This document shows positions 57,498 to 64,000 of a DNA stretch of 64,000 nucleotides, one piece after another. The DNA comes from Candidatus Saccharimonadales bacterium (GTDB lineage: Bacteria; Patescibacteriota; Saccharimonadia; Saccharimonadales; JBBQYC01), in the NCBI GenBank assembly GCA_038209015.1, contig JBBQYC010000001.1, positions 18,974-82,973 on the forward strand. Reading direction: 5' to 3'. How positions within the stretch are numbered: the first letter of the stretch is position 1; every line of letters starts with the position of its first letter. Under the pieces are notes generated by a model, which was not told the DNA's origin, did not search any database, and saw only the letters and a program-made list of their open reading frames with translations. Position numbers and translations under genes: made by a program.

Positions 57498-58055
57498 CTA
57501 GCGCTGTTTTCGAGTGATCAAACGCTTTGCAGCGATTGCTGCGGCGCCTAATGCTAGAGCGGCTCCACCTACAACCGCCTCAGGTGAAATATCTGTACTC
57601 GTTTCAGCAAGTTCCTTGGGTTGGGATTGTACCTCTACTGTTGTTTCGGACTGAGATTCATCAAAAGCAGGGTTATGTACGATAACCCCTTCATCAGAAA
57701 TTTCAGTTCCCAGTGTCGCGGGTGGCGCTGACTCTACGGTGCTATCTTGGGTGGAATTATCAGATTGGGTGACTGGTTGTTCTGGGTCAACAATCGTTAC
57801 TGACTCGGTTGTGGGTGTTGTGTCAGGAGGAGGCACGTCATCTGGGCGTTCTTCTACATCAGGACCCTCGTCTTTATGCGCCGGATCAACATATTCATCA
57901 CTACTGGTGGTGTTCTCATTTGAAAACGCTTCTGGCTGGTTATTAACTTGTAGTTCGTCGTTGTTTTGATTGTTTGTTGTTTGTGCAGATTCCATATATG
58001 TAACCTTGATTAATGTACATATCATAACAAAATAACCACCAAATGTCAATACCAA
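57498..58055 (-). CDS. acidic Ser/Thr/Pro/Asp/Glu-rich low-complexity protein with C-terminal hydrophobic anchor and basic tail (no LPXTG)
   Basis: ORF. C-terminus VVGGAALALGAAAIAAKRLITRKQR. The likely true start is the internal MESAQ. Confidence 0.45.
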   Translation of the reverse strand: MVLTFGGYFVMICTLIKVTYMESAQTTNNQNNDELQVNNQPEAFSNENTTSSDEYVDPAHKDEGPDVEERPDDVPPPDTTPTTESVTIVDPEQPVTQSDNSTQDSTVESAPPATLGTEISDEGVIVHNPAFDESQSETTVEVQSQPKELAETSTDISPEAVVGGAALALGAAAIAAKRLITRKQR

Positions 58056-58077
58056 AGTTATTATGCTTTATTGACAC

Positions 58078-59994
58078 TTGGGAAAATTCCGCATACCATA
58101 CAGTAAAGAACACATACATACTATGAGCATCATACATACAGTATTACGTCCCATACAATCGATTTTCGGATTTTTGGGGCGCCTATCTCTTAAGATAAAA
58201 CTAGTGTTAACCGCCTTACTGGTGCTTGCAGGAGCCGCTTTCGTAGCTTTTGCATTTATATTGCCAGGTACACCGCCAGCCAGTAATCACGTTATTTTCT
58301 TATATAGTTCTGAAAACGGCTACAGTGAGACACAGTATGGCTTTGAACCGGTTAGGTACCCAACGGTGCTATATGACAATGGACTTTTTGTCTGTGGTTC
58401 TTCACATGTGGGTGAGGGAACGCCTAAGCAGCGTTATTTGGATAAGAAAACGCAGCAAACTTTCTTTGAGGAGCTTGGGGCTTCTGGCTTCCTTGGCCTG
58501 AAGAGCGGTGATTATTCTGAAGATTCAGAATTCCCCCAACCACTTGATTTAGAAACGACTATTTATGCAAATAAAGACGATCAACCCATTCACGTTACGT
58601 ATAGCAGCCCTGTATCACCTAAAAAACTTTCTAAAACAACAGCGTATATACAGACATTCTGCAACAAAGAGATACGAGACGATTTCCATACTGGCACCTA
58701 TCTGGTTCGAGCTATTAAGCTCGATGACGCCAAACAAGCTGGCCAGGAGTACCGTACCGTCCAAGTCGATCAGGCAACTGCTGATATGTTCGTGCGGACC
58801 AATGTTATTGAACCACAACAGTCAAAAACCGTAGACCAAAAATCATATGAAGAATTTCAATCAACCTTCAAAGCCGATACCGCGATACTTGCATATGAAG
58901 ACAAGCTGTTTCTCGTAAATATAACTCCTGCACTGCATCCATACGAACTAGCAGGCGGAAATATAGCTCATGCTCGCTCAGCAGATGTGGCAGGTGACAG
59001 CACTAACAAGCAAGTACTCGCTGATGCGACCCCGCACGTAGAATTCATTTGGCTTCATGGATCAAACCAAGCCCCTCCATCCGATGCCACTACTATTTTG
59101 CGTAGAACATCTCAGCGCGTCCGCGACTGGTATATGAGCAAAGCCGGCAAGACCCTGAAGTTTGGGGGAAACCGAGTATTAAAATCATCTCAAACAATCG
59201 GGCAGATCGAAACGTGTCCGAGCGAAACGGACTGCCAAGGCGATAAGTCCTTAGCGGCCTACTATAATTTGAAAAAAAGCGTATACCCCGATCTCACCGG
59301 ACGACAGGTCGTAGTGTTATACCAAGGAACACACGACCAATGTAACGGCTGGGGTGCGCCGAATAGCGGCGATTATGGTGGGGGGAGTTTGAACTCTGCG
59401 GGAACCTCGAACGGAGGCTTTGGTCTACTCAATATTATAGCTTGCAATTGGGATAATGGTAGGGAAAAGGTGGCAGGTCATGAGCTGGGGCATGCCTTAG
59501 GTTCAACTCATTGGTGCCAAGATAAAAATATTATGGTCGGTTCGGGATGTTCCAGTTCCGCTCGCTCCGACGGACTTCGCTATGCGAATATGAATGATAC
59601 GCAAAAAAACGCATTTTTGGGCAGTGAATTCTTTAAAAAGTCGAGTGATAGATTGTTACCAGGCCAACGTCTCTACTCTGGCGGGGTGATGCATTCAATA
59701 GATGGGAGTTACAGGCTTATTGTTCAACCAACAGATGGAAATGTCGTAGTTTACAGAAATGACAATGCATATAAGTGGGATTCAACCACGTACAATCCAG
59801 GGAACCCTCACATTATATTTGAGTTTGCAGAGGACGGTAACGTGCATGCATCAACAGATTATAGTTATGGCTGCCGCTCTGGTCCAAGGCCTGGGGCTAA
59901 TCGACTTATTATGCAACATGACGGTAATCTTGTCGCATATGATGCGGCGAATCAAGCAAAATGGGCAACCTCCTGGAATTATTGGTACTGTTAA
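58078..59994 (+). CDS. membrane-anchored metzincin-type zinc metalloprotease fused to C-terminal bulb-type (B-)lectin domain, paralog 1
   Basis: HELGHALGSTH (HExxHxxGxxH). C-terminal QxDxNxVxY-type repeats (VQPTDGNVVVY; MQHDGNLVAY). N-terminal signal-anchor TM. The first ATG is at 58123 (the track start at 58078 is TTG). Confidence 0.65.
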   Translation: MGKFRIPYSKEHIHTMSIIHTVLRPIQSIFGFLGRLSLKIKLVLTALLVLAGAAFVAFAFILPGTPPASNHVIFLYSSENGYSETQYGFEPVRYPTVLYDNGLFVCGSSHVGEGTPKQRYLDKKTQQTFFEELGASGFLGLKSGDYSEDSEFPQPLDLETTIYANKDDQPIHVTYSSPVSPKKLSKTTAYIQTFCNKEIRDDFHTGTYLVRAIKLDDAKQAGQEYRTVQVDQATADMFVRTNVIEPQQSKTVDQKSYEEFQSTFKADTAILAYEDKLFLVNITPALHPYELAGGNIAHARSADVAGDSTNKQVLADATPHVEFIWLHGSNQAPPSDATTILRRTSQRVRDWYMSKAGKTLKFGGNRVLKSSQTIGQIETCPSETDCQGDKSLAAYYNLKKSVYPDLTGRQVVVLYQGTHDQCNGWGAPNSGDYGGGSLNSAGTSNGGFGLLNIIACNWDNGREKVAGHELGHALGSTHWCQDKNIMVGSGCSSSARSDGLRYANMNDTQKNAFLGSEFFKKSSDRLLPGQRLYSGGVMHSIDGSYRLIVQPTDGNVVVYRNDNAYKWDSTTYNPGNPHIIFEFAEDGNVHASTDYSYGCRSGPRPGANRLIMQHDGNLVAYDAANQAKWATSWNYWYC

Positions 59995-60114
59995 TTCGAG
60001 ATTTTCCGTAAAAATCTATAAATAAGATCCAAGGTAATTCATTACCATTCTAAGTTGACAAACCGTATTGTATAAACATATGCTTCAATCAATACATTAT
60101 ATAAGGATTAAGCT

Positions 60115-62019
60115 ATGGCTGGCCGCACATTAAAACTCAAAACAAAAACAAAAACTTCTGTAAAAAAGTCTAATCGCAAAAAACAGCAAAGTAAATTGAA
60201 AGTATTCTTCAATATACTAAAACAAAGGAGGGCAATCCTTTTTGCGGTGTTTTTTGCAATCATTGGAGTAACCATACTGTATCTGGTGAATGCCCAGAAT
60301 ACGCCGAATACATATAATGAAGTAGCCTTTCTCTATAGCGAAGGCCATGGACATGAAGAATCACAATTTGACCTTAAACCGGTTGATTATCCATTAGTTT
60401 TATATAAGGATGGTTTATTGGTTTGTTCAGCACACGGTCATGGCAGTGAAGAATCCAGCCCAACACAGGCACAGCTTAACAAAGAGCAAATGAATGAGTT
60501 TCTATCTGCTGTCAGAACTAATGGGCTAGATAGTTTAGAAGAAAAACATTATGAATCAGCTGGTGGCCCGGCGGATCCTATAGCGTTATATACGACTGTT
60601 TTTGCCGACTTTGGCAGGAGCCAAAAATACGTAACATATAGTTCTGGTGATAGGCCAAGTGGGCTGAGTAGCATTACTTCATTTACGCACAATTACTGTG
60701 ATAATAAGGCAGTGGAAGCCTATGATGCCGACACCTATACTGTAGACAGTGTCATTATAGATAATCAAACGAATTCTAGAGTAACAGGACTCGCTAAAGC
60801 GCGAGAGGTGATTGGTGCCAAACTGAGCCGTAATGACCGCTTAGCTCAGGCTATCCGCAGCATAGACAACGCTAATAAAAAGCAGGCACAAAGTGTCAAC
60901 CGGCAGACTGCAAGTGAGATAAAAAAAGCGCTCAAAGGTAAGTCGGAGGGCGTCATGACGATAGAAGGTGCTGAAGTGCTAGTGCGGCTTACTCCGTTAC
61001 TAAGACCTTACGAATTAAAAGGGCAGAGTAATGTCAGCATAGAGAATGAGTCAGACAAAGTGTATGCCGCGACGGCAAAAAAAGTCGAATTTGTATGGTT
61101 CTATGCGTCCAATCAATCGTTACAAAGCGGATACACGACTAAATTAAACGGTACATCACAAAAAGTGCGCAGCTGGTACCGTAGTCAGGTGGGTGAAGAT
61201 GTTTTACATGCTAAGAACTACACCAAAAAAGGGGCAAAAACAGTAGCTCAATATGAAACCTGCCCGAGTGGTAAAAACTGTGCTGGTGATAAATTACTTG
61301 CTGCGTTTTATAATGTGCAGGCAGAGCTGGGGACACTAACTGATGCCCAGGTTGTCGTAATGTTTCAGGGCAGTGAAACCACCTGCAAAGGCTGGGGGAG
61401 TGTCGCTGGGTCGACCGCTAATAACTCTGTAACTGCAGCCAAATCAGGTACTGGTATAGTCAATGTGACGGGTTGTACGTGGGATGATGGACGTGAGAAA
61501 ATAGCAGGTCATGAGTTTGGCCATGGCCTAGGATCGGCACATTCATGCTACAACTATAATATTATGGCTAATAGTTCTTGCGCGACTACAGGCAATGGCT
61601 TACCACATTCAATACTGCACAGTACTCAGAAATCATCATGGGCAAATTACAGTCAGTTTTTCGGCGGAGTGCGTACTTACCTCAACGGCAACGAACATAT
61701 GTACCAAGGCCATACAACATATTCACCGCAGAAAAAATATCGATTAGTCATGCAAGGGGATGGTAACCTGGTCATATACAGCAGCAATAATTCAGCGGTA
61801 TGGAGTGCTAGAACTGGTGGTAACAGCGGTGCATTCTCTATATTCCAGACAGATGGCAATTTGGTACTCAGAAAACCAAGCGGTAAATATTGTCATGCTG
61901 CAAGCAACGGCAAGGGCGGGTATCGTCTCAATATGCAAGATGATGGCAACTTGGTTATCTACAAATCTGACCTAAAGACTGCCGTGTGGTCACGATACAA
62001 TGGTTGGTACTGCAACTAG
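60115..62019 (+). CDS. membrane-anchored metzincin-type zinc metalloprotease fused to C-terminal bulb-type lectin domain, paralog 2
   Basis: HEFGHGLGSAH. Three lectin repeats (MQGDGNLVIY; FQTDGNLVL; MQDDGNLVIY). Basic N-terminus + TM. Confidence 0.65.
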   Translation: MAGRTLKLKTKTKTSVKKSNRKKQQSKLKVFFNILKQRRAILFAVFFAIIGVTILYLVNAQNTPNTYNEVAFLYSEGHGHEESQFDLKPVDYPLVLYKDGLLVCSAHGHGSEESSPTQAQLNKEQMNEFLSAVRTNGLDSLEEKHYESAGGPADPIALYTTVFADFGRSQKYVTYSSGDRPSGLSSITSFTHNYCDNKAVEAYDADTYTVDSVIIDNQTNSRVTGLAKAREVIGAKLSRNDRLAQAIRSIDNANKKQAQSVNRQTASEIKKALKGKSEGVMTIEGAEVLVRLTPLLRPYELKGQSNVSIENESDKVYAATAKKVEFVWFYASNQSLQSGYTTKLNGTSQKVRSWYRSQVGEDVLHAKNYTKKGAKTVAQYETCPSGKNCAGDKLLAAFYNVQAELGTLTDAQVVVMFQGSETTCKGWGSVAGSTANNSVTAAKSGTGIVNVTGCTWDDGREKIAGHEFGHGLGSAHSCYNYNIMANSSCATTGNGLPHSILHSTQKSSWANYSQFFGGVRTYLNGNEHMYQGHTTYSPQKKYRLVMQGDGNLVIYSSNNSAVWSARTGGNSGAFSIFQTDGNLVLRKPSGKYCHAASNGKGGYRLNMQDDGNLVIYKSDLKTAVWSRYNGWYCN

Positions 62020-62023
62020 GCAT

Positions 62024-62051
62024 TGCAAATATATAGTGAATATGCTATAAT
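62024..62051 (+). promoter_or_regulatory. sigma-70-like promoter TTGCAA-16-TGcTATAAT upstream of 62073 gene
   Basis: TTGCAA 62024..62029. Extended -10 TGCTATAAT ending 62051. RBS GGAGAGG before the ATG. Confidence 0.45.
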
Positions 62052-62072
62052 ACTTTCATAATCGGAGAGGCT

Positions 62073-62636
62073 ATGAAGTATTTCATTGGTGTCCTAGTTA
62101 TATTGTTCTTCTTTATCGTTGGCGGCCTGTTGTTTTTTAACCGAGACAAAGCGCCAGAGGTTCTTAGTGATGCCAAAGATAATTCACTTGCACAACATGC
62201 CGAGAACTCTGACAGCAGCGTGAGCTGGACTAAAAAGGGTAAAATCGTTGCAAATGAAGACTTTTACGCAGTACGCGTTACCGTTACTTCATCTCAGCGC
62301 ACTATTGAGGTCCTAAAAGGGTATAACGAGACGCTTGTTAGACGAGAAACCTACCCAAACAATAAAGAGGCGTATAGCGTACTTCTGAAGGCTCTAGACA
62401 ATCTAGGATATAGCAAGACGAAAGATGCTACATATAGTGAAGCAGAAGGTGCATGCCCAACGGGATACCGCTATCTTTATAAGCTTGAATCAAGCATGGA
62501 GACGCCAGTAGATTCGTGGTCTACGTCATGTTCAACCAGGGATGGAACTTTTGATGGTACGGCTAGTACCGTGCGCCGTTTATTCCAGGAGCAAATTAGC
62601 GACTTCAACGAAATTACCAAACCAGCAAAGTTCTAA
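62073..62636 (+). CDS. hypothetical membrane-anchored/secreted protein (N-terminal TM)
   Basis: ORF with N-terminal hydrophobic helix YFIGVLVILFFFIVGGLLFF. Confidence 0.5.
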   Translation: MKYFIGVLVILFFFIVGGLLFFNRDKAPEVLSDAKDNSLAQHAENSDSSVSWTKKGKIVANEDFYAVRVTVTSSQRTIEVLKGYNETLVRRETYPNNKEAYSVLLKALDNLGYSKTKDATYSEAEGACPTGYRYLYKLESSMETPVDSWSTSCSTRDGTFDGTASTVRRLFQEQISDFNEITKPAKF

Positions 62637-62654
62637 ATCTGCTACAGTGGTTGT

Positions 62655-63227
62655 GTGATTAAAGCGATACTATTTGACTGCTTTGGAGTGTTAACCGCAG
62701 ATACCTGGCGTGAATTCCTCAATAGTCTGCCTGATACAGCAGATACCGGGCGGGCTCGTGAATTGAACCATCAATACGATGCCGGACTTATTACAATCGA
62801 TGAATTTTTAGGTCAAGTTGAAGAGGCTACGGGGCATCGCCCGGTAGAAGTAGAAAAACTGCTGGACAACGAAACAAGCAAGAACTCGGTCCTACTTACC
62901 TACATTAAAGATCTAAAACAAAACTATAAAATTGGCCTACTCAGCAATATAGGTACTAACTGGATTCGAGATGCTTTTTTGACCGAATCAGAACAAGATG
63001 TATTCGATGATATGGTATTTTCATTTGAAACAGGTACCACCAAACCAGACCCAGAAATATACAAATTAGCGTGCCAGCGACTCGGCGTAGAACCAGAAGA
63101 GGCAGTATTTATAGACGATATTGAAAGCTACTGTACAGCGGCGCAAGCCGTCGGCATGCAAGCAATCCATTACCGGGATTTCCAGCAACTCAAGCACGAT
63201 TTAGAGCTTCTTTTAGTTCACACATGA
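62655..63227 (+). CDS. HAD-superfamily hydrolase (subfamily IA-like)
   Basis: ILFDCFGVLT motif I. LLSN and DD motifs. Confidence 0.7.
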   Translation: MIKAILFDCFGVLTADTWREFLNSLPDTADTGRARELNHQYDAGLITIDEFLGQVEEATGHRPVEVEKLLDNETSKNSVLLTYIKDLKQNYKIGLLSNIGTNWIRDAFLTESEQDVFDDMVFSFETGTTKPDPEIYKLACQRLGVEPEEAVFIDDIESYCTAAQAVGMQAIHYRDFQQLKHDLELLLVHT

Positions 63228-63330
63228 TATAAAACCTACGTAATGCCGATTGTGTTTACTATCATATTGACTCATAGCTATAGCGGGTGTTAACTTAAAT
63301 TAGTTTTCCAAAACAAAGAAAGGAAACAGT

Positions 63331-63564
63331 ATGTCGACAATCGAGGTATTTGATGACCAAAATCTAGAGCGTGCCTTACATAACTACGCCGTTGGCGATG
63401 TCATGATGATGGCGTCCGTAATAGGCCGAATGGATTCGCTTAGTTCTGAGCAGCGCTCAGAGTTAGAGGCCAGTGATTTGTACCAGACCATGGCGCCATT
63501 TGTTGGCTCAACCGCACTTAGAATAGAGAATGGTACCCAACCATCGCTACGACTTATAGGTTAA
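63331..63564 (+). CDS. hypothetical protein (77 aa)
   Basis: ORF with an upstream aaaggaaac RBS-like sequence. Confidence 0.35.
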   Translation: MSTIEVFDDQNLERALHNYAVGDVMMMASVIGRMDSLSSEQRSELEASDLYQTMAPFVGSTALRIENGTQPSLRLIG

Positions 63565-63579
63565 ATCACACAGATTCAT

Positions 63580-63825
63580 TTAATGATTAATCTGAATTCG
63601 TAAGCTCTTTTTGGTATTTAGTTCTTCTTTCAAGACATGCAAGTGTTCACGTAGAGCGGCAGCAAGAGATGGATTTCCTACAGATATAACGATGCTATGT
63701 TCCCGAGCTTTTACCTCACATATTTCATCGAATACGTCCTTAATGTAAGCTTTAATCTGTTTAATTTCCGGTGCTTCCTCGGGCATTTTCCGCCGTGCCA
63801 ATATGTCGCCTAAACTATGTGTCAT
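63580..63825 (-). CDS. small DUF721-like protein
   Basis: Size and pattern (LGDIL...HSIVISVGNPSLAAALR) resemble DUF721 proteins. Confidence 0.4.
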   Translation of the reverse strand: MTHSLGDILARRKMPEEAPEIKQIKAYIKDVFDEICEVKAREHSIVISVGNPSLAAALREHLHVLKEELNTKKSLRIQINH

Positions 63826-63850
63826 TCAGCTATTGTACAATGATTGGACT

Positions 63851-64000
63851 ATGCCTGAACTACCAGAAGTCGAAACCGTCCGGATTGGTCTTGCGAAACT
63901 ACTACCTGGCAGAACAATTGCTTCTGTGACATCAGATTGGAAAAAATCTTTTCCCAATGCAAAAACCGATGTCGATACATTTCTCATTGGTGCTATGGTG
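63851..64000 (+). CDS. fpg: formamidopyrimidine-DNA glycosylase, N-terminal 50 codons (continues past window end)
   Basis: MPELPEVETVR catalytic N-terminus (Pro2/Glu3). Confidence 0.8.
   Translation, partial: MPELPEVETVRIGLAKLLPGRTIASVTSDWKKSFPNAKTDVDTFLIGAMV

Noticed and set aside
1-64000. CRISPR arrays, transposases, integrases, rRNA
   Set aside because: No short regularly spaced repeats, no DDE/tyrosine-recombinase-like ORFs and no rRNA-like conserved stretches were seen on reading the window. The only repeats are the ~93-bp att-like pair at tRNA-Arg and the E/F pilin duplication.

Overview
This 64-kb window looks like a chromosomal segment from a small-genome, Gram-positive-like bacterium. 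It has weak or absent Shine-Dalgarno sites, many translationally coupled ATGA/TAATG gene junctions, an LPXTG substrate and VirB2-like pilin arrays. A Saccharibacteria/CPR-like lineage is my inference only, drawn from gene content.

Recognisable housekeeping genes include valS, tsaD, murE-like, groES/groEL (with a CIRCE operator), argS, gdh, mscL, msrB, orn, dnaG-rpoD, a second sigma-70, polA and the start of fpg. There are four tRNAs: Ser-GCT, Ser-TGA, Ser-CGA and Arg-GCG.

The accessory content that most deserves follow-up:
1. A divergent locus at the left edge pairs a large secreted multi-TM protein with a tandem array of six VirB2/TrbC-like two-helix pilin paralogs. Their N-terminal ectodomains are hypervariable. 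This is a candidate type IV secretion pilus module.
2. A tRNA-rich hotspot at 5.7-10 kb carries a PD-(D/E)XK-like and a GIY-YIG nuclease gene. It also holds a single-gene cassette (nucleoside-deoxyribosyltransferase-like plus MazG fusion) bracketed by ~93-bp direct repeats that include the 3' end of tRNA-Arg.
3. A tightly packed five-gene operon of cytoplasmic unknowns at 20.1-24.0 kb includes one gene with a transglutaminase-like Cys-His-Asp arrangement. It is followed by a pentein-fold enzyme and a protein-kinase-like protein.
4. A CdsA/CarS-like, PHP phosphoesterase and CDP-alcohol phosphatidyltransferase lipid head-group cluster.
5. A C30-type carotenoid cluster: CrtN/CrtI-like desaturase, CrtM/CrtB-like synthase and a polyprenyl synthase.
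6. Two tandem paralogous membrane-anchored metzincin-type (HExxHxxGxxH) proteases, each fused to a C-terminal bulb-type lectin domain (QxDxNxVxY repeats).

No CRISPR array, transposase or integrase was recognised.
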